Origin: a virus
Reading direction: 5' to 3' (one strand)
IMG/VR virus record: IMGVR_UViG_3300046724_000152
Coordinates: 11,508 to 75,507 of that record
Length of the DNA stretch: 64,000 nucleotides
This document shows positions 36,480 through 46,606 of this stretch, piece after piece. The position numbers were made by a program, and so were the translations under genes. The stretch's first letter is position 1. Every line of letters begins with the position of its first letter. The notes under the pieces were generated by a model. That model had not been told where the DNA came from. It did no database searches and was given only the letters and a program-made list of their open reading frames with translations.

Positions 36480-38512
36480 GCGGACTTTCTTAAGGATTGA
36501 CCGGCGATAGTACCTTTGAGGCGACTCGACATGATGCCTTGCTGCAAGACATCATTGATTACATCCATGGTATGTTTATAGGCTCGACGGATGATCTCGA
36601 TCTCTGGATCTTTAATGGCGTAAGATACGCAATTAGCATTCAGGATCAGCACACCCATCCGCGCCATTTCCTGGGTGAACAGAGCCTGGATCTGTTCCTT
36701 GGTTGCGCCAAGGAAATCATGAACGTCCAGTTTCAGGAGCGGTGGCGAGCCACGAAACGCAATTGGACCAGAATAGTGTGATGTTCTTTCAAGTAGCGGT
36801 GCTTCAGATCGGATCTTCAATCCAACAGAGTATAGATGATCAAGGACGTTCTCCCGTTCCATCTTCTTGATAGTGGCGAGTGCAGCAGCCATCGACAGAG
36901 TGTCACCAAAGAAGGTGCCGGAGAAGAACACGCCGAGGTGGCCGTTCAGCATCTTCATGATCCCGGCATCACCGACCAGAGCCGAGATCGGCATTCCGTT
37001 GGCCATCGACTTGCCGAAGCAAGCAAGATCGGGTGTGACACCAAAATACTCCTGACCACCGCCCATGGCGTAACGGAAGCCAGTCTGGATCTCATCGAAG
37101 ATCAGAATGATTTCGTTCCTGGTACACCATGACCGTAATGCCTGGAGGTATTCCCTGTCGTGGGTTGGCTCGACAATGACGGCGGCGACATCGCTCCAGT
37201 CTTCGCCCCAGTCTCTTAATTCATCGAGATCACCGTATTCGATCTTGTGTGACAGATTGGTTACGGATTCTGGAATTCCTTTGTTCTTTCCTTCCAGTGT
37301 TGAGGCTGACCAATCAGCCCAGCCATGGTAGGATCCGATTAGAATATGATCCCGTTCGGTGTAGGCCCTGGCCAGCCTGACTGCCGCCGATGTCACATCG
37401 GTACCGGACTTGCCGAACTGGACCTTATCGGCACAAGGAATCAGGTCGCACAGCTTCTCGCTTAACTCACATTCAAGCTTGGTGGCCAGACTGAAGCTCA
37501 TGCCGCAGTTCAGTTGCCGCCGCACCGCCTCATCAACGTCAGGATCGCGGTAACCTAGGACAACAGGAAGTAGAGCATTAACAAGATCAACATAGTCGTT
37601 CCCATCAACATCAAAAATCCTCGCACCATCGCCATGAGAGGCGAATAGTGGAGCCCCGCCCCTGGGATACCAAAGAGCAGACTTCGAGTATGTTTGGGAC
37701 CCAAGGGGAATTGTCCTGGTGGCTCGTACCAGCAGCTCATCTGACCGTTGATATGTTCGTTCTGGTAATCGTTCTCCAGCGAGGTCCTGGTAGAACCGCT
37801 CATTTCGAATGGCTCCAGCATTGATTTGCCTCAGGTGTGGGTTGTCATCGAGGATCCGCATGATATGCATGCATGTCGGCGGGAAAGCCAGCGGCAGTTG
37901 CTTGGCGATTTCCTTGCACAGCTCGTAGTCTTCCTTGGTGTCGAGGACCCATCGCTCCTTGTGTGCCCCAGGAAACGGGCAAATCAGGTATTCCTGGGAG
38001 AACCGATCCCGGTTGCGGATGATCCACTGTGTCACACAGTCCCGATCTGTCTTCCTGGTGGTCTCTCTCCAGGCTGTTTCCAGCGCATCGAAGGTGAGAC
38101 ACTCGACATCCAATCCGTCTGGCCATGTCGGCTGGTTGGAACAGTACGAAGCACCCGTCGTCTTTTGTAGTTGGACGACCTGTCCGACCACATAAGGGTC
38201 GAGGAACGGACAATCACAGGTGATTCGCAGGATAATGTCGGCTTTATAGTCTTTCGCACATTGATAATAGCGGTTCAGCACATCCTTTTCTGAGCCACGG
38301 AAGCAATCGATGCGGTTCTGTCTGCAATCCTTGGCTAGAACATCATCGGATTCCAGCGTGGTGGTGGCGATCACCACCTGATTGACTCCTGGAGAGTTGA
38401 CTAACGCCCGCCAGACCCAGCGATACACCGGCATGCCTCCGAGTGGAGCCATCACCTTGCCAGGGAACCGCGTCGAGCCCATCCTAGCCTGGGCAATCGC
38501 AACGACTTTCAT
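36476..38512 (-). CDS. SpsF/PseF-like cytidylyltransferase fused to class III aminotransferase
   Basis: N-terminal QARMGSTRFPGKV...RITCDCP; C-terminal FDVDGN.Y.D, FDEIQTGFR, PDLACFGKSMANG. Confidence 0.88.
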   Translation of the reverse strand: MKVVAIAQARMGSTRFPGKVMAPLGGMPVYRWVWRALVNSPGVNQVVIATTTLESDDVLAKDCRQNRIDCFRGSEKDVLNRYYQCAKDYKADIILRITCDCPFLDPYVVGQVVQLQKTTGASYCSNQPTWPDGLDVECLTFDALETAWRETTRKTDRDCVTQWIIRNRDRFSQEYLICPFPGAHKERWVLDTKEDYELCKEIAKQLPLAFPPTCMHIMRILDDNPHLRQINAGAIRNERFYQDLAGERLPERTYQRSDELLVRATRTIPLGSQTYSKSALWYPRGGAPLFASHGDGARIFDVDGNDYVDLVNALLPVVLGYRDPDVDEAVRRQLNCGMSFSLATKLECELSEKLCDLIPCADKVQFGKSGTDVTSAAVRLARAYTERDHILIGSYHGWADWSASTLEGKNKGIPESVTNLSHKIEYGDLDELRDWGEDWSDVAAVIVEPTHDREYLQALRSWCTRNEIILIFDEIQTGFRYAMGGGQEYFGVTPDLACFGKSMANGMPISALVGDAGIMKMLNGHLGVFFSGTFFGDTLSMAAALATIKKMERENVLDHLYSVGLKIRSEAPLLERTSHYSGPIAFRGSPPLLKLDVHDFLGATKEQIQALFTQEMARMGVLILNANCVSYAIKDPEIEIIRRAYKHTMDVINDVLQQGIMSSRLKGTIAGQSLRKSA

Positions 38513-39408
38513 TCCAGTCCCGCCTGTTTACGAACCTCAAGACAGATTTTGAGAACCTCAAGACCTTCTTCACCGGTACAGCCGATGGTTTCTTTGCCAT
38601 CGATGCGGTCCAGGAATGCCTGCATTTCTTCAACATAATTTTCGTTCCAGGTGTCGAAGCCTTGATAACTATCAATAGGTCGCTCAATACCGAAGACGGC
38701 ACCATTCCTATTCACAAGGTCACAGGAGATGCGACCATTATCACCAATGATGGTGAAGAACCTTAATTCCGGTCTTGTAACGTAATCCAGATGAACCGTA
38801 GTTCGACATCCTATGTCATGCGTTAAGAGAATATCCGATATATCGTCCTTGCCATTAGTGAGGCAAGTCGATGAGCCAGCAACGATAGCAGGGCCAAGAA
38901 GGTAAAGAGCAAGATCCAACTCATGGCTCCAATTGAGAATAACACCATCGCGTAGATAATGAGGTCGGTCGTTGTATTGACCGAGTGTAAAATTGGCCCA
39001 GATTGGCTTTCCAATAATCCCAGCACCTAACCACTCCTTGGCTTTCTTGACGCAGCTATGGTAGCGGAGATTGTAGCCAACCATTGCTCTTTGGTTAAAC
39101 GAGCTTGGCTCAACTATCGCCGGTAGAAGTATGTCGTATTCTTGTTGTGTGGTGGCGATTGGTTTCTCAATTAATATCGGTTTTGGATGTGTCACTATAA
39201 TATGTTTATAGTGCTGATCTGTCGGGCTGGCGATGACGAATGCATCCAAATTTATCAGCCTTGATTCCGGCCATAGCCTCCAGAAGGAAGGGAAATCCTC
39301 TGCGGCCACCTCGGGATCAAAACCAACAACATTATGGCCCATAGCCATGAGATTCTTGGCATGCCTCATGCCGATACTGCCAAGCCCAATCACACCGACT
39401 GTTTTCAT
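38509..39408 (-). CDS. Gfo/Idh/MocA-family oxidoreductase
   Basis: VIGLGSIGMRH, IEKP, VGYNLRYH, SHELD. Confidence 0.88.
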   Translation of the reverse strand: MKTVGVIGLGSIGMRHAKNLMAMGHNVVGFDPEVAAEDFPSFWRLWPESRLINLDAFVIASPTDQHYKHIIVTHPKPILIEKPIATTQQEYDILLPAIVEPSSFNQRAMVGYNLRYHSCVKKAKEWLGAGIIGKPIWANFTLGQYNDRPHYLRDGVILNWSHELDLALYLLGPAIVAGSSTCLTNGKDDISDILLTHDIGCRTTVHLDYVTRPELRFFTIIGDNGRISCDLVNRNGAVFGIERPIDSYQGFDTWNENYVEEMQAFLDRIDGKETIGCTGEEGLEVLKICLEVRKQAGLE

Positions 39409-39553
39409 TTAGGCACACAATAGAGGTATTTCCATTTATCTTTATGAAGAGTCTCCATTGCGGCGCGACATGATTGCTCCGAATTAAACTCAATAGAGTA
39501 AGGTACATATCCGCTATAAACAGCAACAAACATTATCAAGATCCATGGTGTCA

Positions 39554-40159
39554 TCATTTCTTCTCCGGGAATGCGTTTTTGAGATCCTTCTTGAGGATCG
39601 TAACGCTGGTTTCGTTTTGAATGGTTCGCCCATAGAGCGAATAGCCGGGATGGCTGAGCCACAGATTGGCAAAGTCGTAGTGATACGAGAACAGCCCAGG
39701 CTTATGCTTGTAGGGGACTCGGTGTGCAGCGGCTGGCGTGAAGTCATGGACGATGAGAAATCCACCATCCTGTAGAACCTGATCTCCCTCGAATGCGATT
39801 TCGAAATAGTCCTCGGGGTCACAGAGATAGAGACACCATCCGTAGATCAGAAGATCTGCCAAGTTTGGTGAGAAATGATGCGAGAGCTTGTCTGCGGTGC
39901 CAGCCCAGACCTGGACCTTGGATTGTCCTCTGGTCGAGATATAACACGGATCAATCCCCTCGACCTCACAGTCGTATCTCTGTTCGATGATGGCGAGCCG
40001 CCAGCCATTGGAACAGCCAATCTCAACCGCTCTCTTTGGTTTGATGTTGTATACCTCAAGCGCTTGCAGGACCGGATCGTTCTTTCCGGTCAGCTTGGCT
40101 TCATTGCGCTTCAGCCATTCGGCTCCCTCGCCAAGGGCGAAGACTCTAGATTGCTTCAT
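39554..40159 (-). CDS. Class I SAM-dependent methyltransferase
   Basis: VEIGCSNG motif I; GIDP; GGFLIVHDF. Confidence 0.8.
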   Translation of the reverse strand: MKQSRVFALGEGAEWLKRNEAKLTGKNDPVLQALEVYNIKPKRAVEIGCSNGWRLAIIEQRYDCEVEGIDPCYISTRGQSKVQVWAGTADKLSHHFSPNLADLLIYGWCLYLCDPEDYFEIAFEGDQVLQDGGFLIVHDFTPAAAHRVPYKHKPGLFSYHYDFANLWLSHPGYSLYGRTIQNETSVTILKKDLKNAFPEKK

Positions 40160-40671
40160 GGTGCGAATTTTCCAAAGGTCCACATGCTCATCGGCTGACC
40201 GTCAAACAGGAAATGACCGGGAACGACTGCCTCTTGGCTCATTCCATACTCGGTGCAAATTTTGATCATTTTGACGTTTGCTACCATGCAGCCCGCCTCG
40301 ATTTTTCTGATTTGCTTTCTGGCAAACAGATAATCACAGACCGCCTTCCAGGCTTCGTAGCCATAGCCGTTGCCCCACTGGGTCCTGTCTCCGATCATGA
40401 TGGCGACATTGGCGAGGTTGTTTTTGTCGTCCACATTGACTGATATCGATCCAATCGCGGCATAGGATGTCAGCAACCGAATCGTATTGGTGCTGTTAGG
40501 TTCCACGGTCGCGGCGGAGTACCAATAATCAAGTTGGGTGTCCGCTGAGTGGGTGTAGTGCCGGTGTTCCGAGTATTTGACGACCTCTGGATCGTTCAGC
40601 CATTCCGCAAATTGCGGTGCATCCGAAGTGTGGACCGGACCAATCTCTAGACGTGGAGATTTCAGAATCAT
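40156..40671 (-). CDS. GNAT N-acetyltransferase (RimL/PseH-like)
   Basis: WLNDPEVVKYS, IMIGD..WGNGYGYEA, KIEAGC...N. Confidence 0.85.
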   Translation of the reverse strand: MILKSPRLEIGPVHTSDAPQFAEWLNDPEVVKYSEHRHYTHSADTQLDYWYSAATVEPNSTNTIRLLTSYAAIGSISVNVDDKNNLANVAIMIGDRTQWGNGYGYEAWKAVCDYLFARKQIRKIEAGCMVANVKMIKICTEYGMSQEAVVPGHFLFDGQPMSMWTFGKFAP

Positions 40672-40925
40672 TTCTTTTTTACCGTTGCTTTGATGTGTCT
40701 GACCACCTCCAGAAGCTGCTGTGCCAGGAACAGGATCTCCGGAGACTCGGCGGAGCGGCCACCCCAGCGGGTGAGGTAATCCACCTTGTTTGTTAGTTGT
40801 CTCTCAAGCTCGATGGCCTCGTCCTTGGTCATGGTACCTCCTCGATCATGGGTAGCCCAATTTGGGTTTGATTGCCCACAACTATCTCGCACCCTATAGT
40901 TCGCTATCCACAGGTCCGTGCTTTC

Positions 40926-42518
40926 ATGATCCTCAACAAGATGGCCAAGGCTGCTACGCAGATTGCCAAGTTGAAGGAGCGTGATGTCTATGAAGGCACC
41001 CTGATCGAGTTTGCCGAATACGTCTGGCCGGTGGTGGAACCTGCGATTCCCTTCATCCGTGGCTGGGCCATCGAGGCGATTGCCGAGCATCTCCAGGCTG
41101 TTACCGATGGCTACATCAAGCGGCTGTTGATGAACGTGCCGCCGGGATTCACCAAGTCCCTGATGACCGATGTGTTCTGGCCCGCCTACGAGTGGGGTCC
41201 CAAGAACATGCCGTGGCTGCGGTATGTCTGCGCTTCCTACTCCAACCACCTGACCGAACGAGACAACATGCGATGCCGCAACATCGTGATCTCGGATCGC
41301 TATCAGCGGATGTGGGGCTCCCGGTTCAAGATCTCCAACGAGCAGTTCACCAAGATCAAGTTCGCCAACGACCATACCGGGTGGAAGCTGGCGACCTCGG
41401 TGGGCGGCATCGGCGTCGGCGAGCGGGGGGATCGGTTCATCATTGACGACCCGAACAACACCATGGACATGGAGTCCGAACAGGTCCGGGACACCACCAA
41501 CCTGTGGTTTACCGAGGTCGTTCCCGACCGCCTGAACAACCCCCAGGAAAGCGCAATTGTCATTATACAACAAAGGCTTCATGAGGATGATGTGAGCGGA
41601 ATCGCGCTGTCTCGGGAGATGGGATACACCCACCTGATGATCCCGATGGAGCATGACACATCAAGGCATTGTGTGACTGTTTTGGGGCTAAATGATGATA
41701 ATAGCCCCAAGACCTGGGAGGATCCACGGAAAGAAGACGGCGAGCTGGCTTGGCCGGAGCGGTTTACCCAGAAGGTTTGCGAAGATCTGGAGCGGGATAA
41801 GGGTCCCCACGCCTGGGCCGGTCAGTACATGCAGAGCCCGGAACCCCGTGGCGGGTCGATCATCAAGCGGGATTTCTGGCAGTTGTGGGAGGAAGACAAG
41901 TTTCCGGAGTTTGAGTACATCCTGGGGTCGGTGGACACCGCCTATACGGACAAAGAAGAGAACGATCCCAGTGCCTTGACCATCTGGGGTGTGTTCCGCG
42001 ACATCAACAAGAACCCCAAGATGATGCTGATGTATGCTTGGCAGGAAAGATTACAGTTTCACGAGCTGCTTCAGAAGCTTATCGCCACCTGCACCATCGG
42101 CATCGGACCCAAGAAGGGCCCCCAGTTCCGGGTGGACCGGCTGCTGATCGAGTCCAAGGCCAGCGGGCTGTCGGTTGTCCAGGAACTGCATCGCCTGATC
42201 CAGGCCACCGGCAAGATGGGTGTCGAGTCGAATTCTGTCAAAGGCGACAAATACGCCCGACTGCAATCGGTTCAGCATCTATTCTCCGATGGCATGATCT
42301 ATGCGCCTGACCGCTCCTTTGCCGACATGGTGATCGATCAGTGTGCGGTGTTTCCCAAGGGATCACGCGACGACTTGGTCGACTCGACCTCTCAGGCGCT
42401 GAAGTATCTGCGTGACACCGGCTTTGCATTGCGGCGCGAGGAATACTCTGTAGAAGCTCATGAGGAAATGCTGTACCGTGGTCCATCTTATAACGCTCCG
42501 ATTTACGGTAATTATTGA
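40926..42518 (+). CDS. terL: Terminase large subunit
   Basis: NVPPGFTKS Walker A, IIDDP Walker B, QRLHEDD, SVDTA...D.SA, DDLVDS nuclease residues. Confidence 0.93.
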   Translation: MILNKMAKAATQIAKLKERDVYEGTLIEFAEYVWPVVEPAIPFIRGWAIEAIAEHLQAVTDGYIKRLLMNVPPGFTKSLMTDVFWPAYEWGPKNMPWLRYVCASYSNHLTERDNMRCRNIVISDRYQRMWGSRFKISNEQFTKIKFANDHTGWKLATSVGGIGVGERGDRFIIDDPNNTMDMESEQVRDTTNLWFTEVVPDRLNNPQESAIVIIQQRLHEDDVSGIALSREMGYTHLMIPMEHDTSRHCVTVLGLNDDNSPKTWEDPRKEDGELAWPERFTQKVCEDLERDKGPHAWAGQYMQSPEPRGGSIIKRDFWQLWEEDKFPEFEYILGSVDTAYTDKEENDPSALTIWGVFRDINKNPKMMLMYAWQERLQFHELLQKLIATCTIGIGPKKGPQFRVDRLLIESKASGLSVVQELHRLIQATGKMGVESNSVKGDKYARLQSVQHLFSDGMIYAPDRSFADMVIDQCAVFPKGSRDDLVDSTSQALKYLRDTGFALRREEYSVEAHEEMLYRGPSYNAPIYGNY

Positions 42519-45055
42519 TGGCTCCTCGCACCAACTCGATGCGGTTGGACGATCCCTATCCTGAGGTTGTGCCGCCAGCATTGACCTTGGTGAAAGGCGA
42601 GAGCGATGAGATGGGGCCGGACTCCACCTCGTTCGAGGACGGTGCCCTCAAGATCGAGCATCCTGATGGATCGGTCACCATCGATCTGAATCCTCCGGAT
42701 GAGAAGGATGATGGCCCAGAGACCACCGAGTTCGACCGCAATCTCGCGCTTAAGATGTCCGATGATGAACTCAGCAGCATCGCCTCGACGCTGATCGAAG
42801 GCATCGACAGAGACAATCAATCCCGCTCGAAATGGTTAGAGACCAGGGCTCTTGGCATCAGTCTGTTGGGGCTGGAGCTTGAAAAGCCGAGAGCCGGAGC
42901 CGGATCCGAGTCGGCCCCCATCGAGGGCATATCAACAGTCCGCCATCCTATTCTTCTGGAGGCCACTGTTTCCTTCCAGGCCACCGCCAGGGCCGAGCTT
43001 CTCCCCGCATCTGGGCCGGTTAAGGTCCGCAACGATGCTCCATCTCCGCCAAAGGAAGTCGTTCAGCAAACCTCCGCCCAGCAACAGCTCATCGAGAGCA
43101 TGCAGTCGCAGGATGAATTGGCTCAGGCGCTGGAGAAAGATCTCAATCACTATCTGACTGTGACAGCCACCGAGTATGTCCCCGACACCGACCGCATGCT
43201 GTTCTACGTTGGCTTCGGCGGCGACGGATTCAAGAAGGTCTACAACTGTCCACTGAGACGAAGGCCGGTATCCGAGTCCATCGATGCGGAAGACCTGATC
43301 ATCTCTAACACCACGACGGATATCCAGAACTCAGGCCGCATTACCCATCGCATCAAGATGCGGCCTTCGGTTCTGAAGCGCATGCAGATCATGGGGGTTT
43401 ACCGGGATGTGGACCTAAGTCCCCCGGCAATAACAACGACAAGCCCCGTCGACAAGAAGATGGAGGCGATCTCCGGTGTGACCGAGGCCAACAAGCTGCC
43501 GGAAGATCGTGACTATGAAGTCTACGAGACCTACTGCGAACTTGATCTCGATGAGTTCGCCCCGAAGGGACTCAAGGGCAAGGGGCTTCCCCTGCCATAC
43601 CGCGTAACTATCGAGAAAGACTCCAGGAAGATCCTCGATCTTCGTCGCAACTGGCAGGAAGACGATGAGCAGGCGCTTGCCAAGCAATTCTTCGTACAGT
43701 TTCCGTTCATTCGCGGACTGGGCTTCTACGGTATCGGCTTCATCCACCTCCTCGGCAACACCGCCAACGCCCTTACCGCCGGATGGCGCGAAGCCCTCGA
43801 CGCTGGAATGTTCGCCAACTTCCCTGGCTTTATCTACAGCAAAGGCCTTGGCCGACAACTCTCCAATCAATTCCGTATCCCTCCTGGCGGCGGGATAGGT
43901 CTCGATGTCGGGCCGGGTCAGAGAATCCAGGATTCGGTCATGCCGGTCCCTTATAAAGAAGCCGGTGCTGGCTTCATCAGTCTTCTTACTCACATCGAAG
44001 AGACCGGCAGACGCCTTGCCTCCACCGCCGAAGTCAGTGTTGGCGAGGGCAAGCAAGACGCCCCCGTGGGCACGACCTTGGCTCTTATCGAGCAGGCATC
44101 GAAGGTCATGGATTCGGCCCACAAGCGTTTACACGCCTCCCAGGCCGAAGAGTTCAAGCTCCTGAAGTGCCGGTTCAAGGAAGATCCAGAAGCACTCTGG
44201 CGGCATAACAAGAAGACCACCATCAAGTGGAAGAAGGATCAGTTCATCCAGGCCCTGGACGACTGCGAGCTGGTCCCGGTGGCCGATCCGAACAACCCGA
44301 CCAGCCTGCATCGCTTGGCCAAGGGTGCCATCATCAAGCAGCTTCAGGCCGCCAATCCGGCGCTTTATGACGAAGTTGCCGTCGATATGCGGGTGATGCG
44401 GATCTCCGACATCGATCCTGCTGGCCTGTTCAAGGCCTCCCCGACTCCACCCCCGCCAGATCCACGCATGGTAGCGATCCAGGAGAAGGCCAAGGCGCAA
44501 GGCCAGATGAGCCAGATCCAGCTTCTGGAGACCAGGATCAAGGCCGCGACGGCGGCTCAGGCCATCCAGGACAAGGCCCAGGATCGCGCCTCCCGCGAGA
44601 AGATCGAGGGGATGAAAATCCAGCTTGAGGGTCTCAAGATCAAGGAAGAGCAACTCATTCATGCCCATGACGCCGAGAAGGACATCATCTCCAAGATGCA
44701 TGAGATGAACATGGAGCATCAGGCCCATCAGCTAGAGCTTCATAAGGGTGTGGTTGAGAAGGCTCAGGAACTACAGCACAGCGATCTGGATAAATCCCAG
44801 GAGCTGCATCACAACGATATGGCCAAGGCCCAGGAGTTGCGTCACAGCCAGATCGATACGATGCACAGTGCTGCAACCAACCAAGCCCAGTCCGATCATG
44901 ACCGCCAACTGTCCAGACAGAAGCATGATGCCGAGATGTCTCGTGCCAATGCCAAGCACGAACAGGATATGGCCCACGCCAGGGAGATGCATGCTGCGAA
45001 GCTTGAAGCTGCCAAGCAGATGGCGAAAGTTAAACCCAAAGCCAAGAAGACATGA
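42515..45055 (+). CDS. Portal protein
   Basis: Follows terL; P22-like size; GFYG.G..HL.G and PVGTTLALIE motifs; long C-terminal helical barrel. Confidence 0.85.
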   Translation: MMAPRTNSMRLDDPYPEVVPPALTLVKGESDEMGPDSTSFEDGALKIEHPDGSVTIDLNPPDEKDDGPETTEFDRNLALKMSDDELSSIASTLIEGIDRDNQSRSKWLETRALGISLLGLELEKPRAGAGSESAPIEGISTVRHPILLEATVSFQATARAELLPASGPVKVRNDAPSPPKEVVQQTSAQQQLIESMQSQDELAQALEKDLNHYLTVTATEYVPDTDRMLFYVGFGGDGFKKVYNCPLRRRPVSESIDAEDLIISNTTTDIQNSGRITHRIKMRPSVLKRMQIMGVYRDVDLSPPAITTTSPVDKKMEAISGVTEANKLPEDRDYEVYETYCELDLDEFAPKGLKGKGLPLPYRVTIEKDSRKILDLRRNWQEDDEQALAKQFFVQFPFIRGLGFYGIGFIHLLGNTANALTAGWREALDAGMFANFPGFIYSKGLGRQLSNQFRIPPGGGIGLDVGPGQRIQDSVMPVPYKEAGAGFISLLTHIEETGRRLASTAEVSVGEGKQDAPVGTTLALIEQASKVMDSAHKRLHASQAEEFKLLKCRFKEDPEALWRHNKKTTIKWKKDQFIQALDDCELVPVADPNNPTSLHRLAKGAIIKQLQAANPALYDEVAVDMRVMRISDIDPAGLFKASPTPPPPDPRMVAIQEKAKAQGQMSQIQLLETRIKAATAAQAIQDKAQDRASREKIEGMKIQLEGLKIKEEQLIHAHDAEKDIISKMHEMNMEHQAHQLELHKGVVEKAQELQHSDLDKSQELHHNDMAKAQELRHSQIDTMHSAATNQAQSDHDRQLSRQKHDAEMSRANAKHEQDMAHAREMHAAKLEAAKQMAKVKPKAKKT

Positions 45056-45457
45056 CCATGGCTCAGAACACATCTAAGTGGGGTAGAGACACCGCGCAAA
45101 AGAGATATGCCGCTGGTGGCACTGTTGATCGAGACGAACCCAAGCAGGCTGAGCAGGCTAGAGAGGCTGCTGCTAAAAGAGTGAGAAATACCAGAGCGAT
45201 GCCAGATGCCTTCCCAGTCGGCGGCGAACCAAAGGAATAACCATGGCCAAGGAACCAGAAGAAGGTCTCATCGAGCAAGCCAATGTCCCACAGACGAGTC
45301 CTGAGTATCAGAAGCCTCAGGCCCAGGAGGACAGACACGAATCCAACTACGACAATGATGTGCCAAACAACTGGCTTCGTGGTATGGGGAAGGGCGAAGC
45401 TTGCGGTAAACCCGGCTTCGATCACGGCCCCTCAGGGAGCAGGTACGGAAAATAGCC

Positions 45458-46000
45458 ATGGCAAATCCATTTGGATCTAAGGTTAGAAGCTCCAGCGCCG
45501 CCAAGTACAAGGCAATCACCGGCAAGCCCTCGGGCGGCCAGACCTTTGCCGGTGGCTCCCAGGACTCCAGGGCCAAGGCCGCCGCCAGCGGCAAGGAGTC
45601 GAGGGAGTATAAGGTCGGGGGCAAGGTATCGCCGCCGAGCTTTGCCCGTGGTGGCCGATCCAAAGGCAAGGGCAAGGGTGGCCACAAGACTCACATCAAT
45701 ATCGCCGTGGTCGCACCCCATAAGGGTGACGATGCCGGTGCTGCTGGACTGCCTCCAGGACTTCCACCGGGAGGGCCTCCAGGTTTGCCCCCAGGAGGCC
45801 CGCCCATGGCACCACCTCCTGGAATGGGACCACCGGGCATGCCTCCGCCTCCACCCGGACCGCCGGGTATGCCCCCCATGAAGCGGGGTGGTGCCGCCTA
45901 TGCCAAGGGCGGCAAAGTTGGAATGAAGTCAGGTGCTGAGTCTGGCCCAGGGAGGCTTGAGAAGATTCGTGCCTATGGAGGCAATGCCAGGAAGGGCTGA
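45458..46000 (+). CDS. Pro/Gly-rich basic protein with xxGG motifs
   Basis: YKVGG, FARGG, MKRGG, YAKGG; PPG repeats. Confidence 0.6.
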   Translation: MANPFGSKVRSSSAAKYKAITGKPSGGQTFAGGSQDSRAKAAASGKESREYKVGGKVSPPSFARGGRSKGKGKGGHKTHINIAVVAPHKGDDAGAAGLPPGLPPGGPPGLPPGGPPMAPPPGMGPPGMPPPPPGPPGMPPMKRGGAAYAKGGKVGMKSGAESGPGRLEKIRAYGGNARKG

Positions 46001-46184
46001 TGGTTAAAACTCGATTCCACGCTCAGCTTGAGGCGAGAATAAAGGAGGCCGTGGAAAATAGGACTGTCTCGATAGCTACTGGAGGAGCCACTGACTATGC
46101 TCATTACCGGGAGAATGTAGGTTATATCCATGGCCTACAGGATGCTCTCAAGCTCTGTGATGACATAGAAGCGGAATCTCAATA

Positions 46185-46598
46185 ATGCCCATCGTATCGT
46201 CTACGCGCGTCATCGAACTGATCTCGAACTCCAAGAATCCAAAGATGGATATCTTGAAGCATATCGGGGATCTCTCCGGCGCTAAGGTCCACTTCAATCT
46301 GGTCTTGGTGGCGACTTACATCCGCCCAGCCAAGACTTCCGGTGGCATTATCAGGCCAGACTCGAATGTTGGCGAGGACGAATGGCAGGGCAAGGTGGGC
46401 CTTGTTCTCAAACTTGGCTCCAGGGCATTCAAGGATGATAACGATTTTGAGTTCGGCGAGGACCGCGTTTCGGTGGGCGAGTGGGTGGTTTACAAGGTTG
46501 GTGATGCCACGCCCGTCATCCTCAACGGCTATCCCTGCCGGTGGGTCAAGGACTCCAGTATCAAGATGACCGTCAAAGATCCAAACATGGTATTTTGA
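46185..46598 (+). CDS. GroES-like co-chaperonin
   Basis: VLV...KTSGGIIRPD...G.VLKLG..AF...VGEWVVY. Confidence 0.75.
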   Translation: MPIVSSTRVIELISNSKNPKMDILKHIGDLSGAKVHFNLVLVATYIRPAKTSGGIIRPDSNVGEDEWQGKVGLVLKLGSRAFKDDNDFEFGEDRVSVGEWVVYKVGDATPVILNGYPCRWVKDSSIKMTVKDPNMVF

Positions 46599-46606
46599 GG
46601 AATCAC

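Noticed and set aside
40833-41654. Long minus-strand ORF opposite terL
   Set aside because: Antisense shadow of a GC-biased gene; only 40668-40832 has a plausible RBS and start
44700-45000. His/Gln-rich 11-residue repeats at the portal C-terminus as a separate system
   Set aside because: Consistent with the helical barrel extension of podovirus portals
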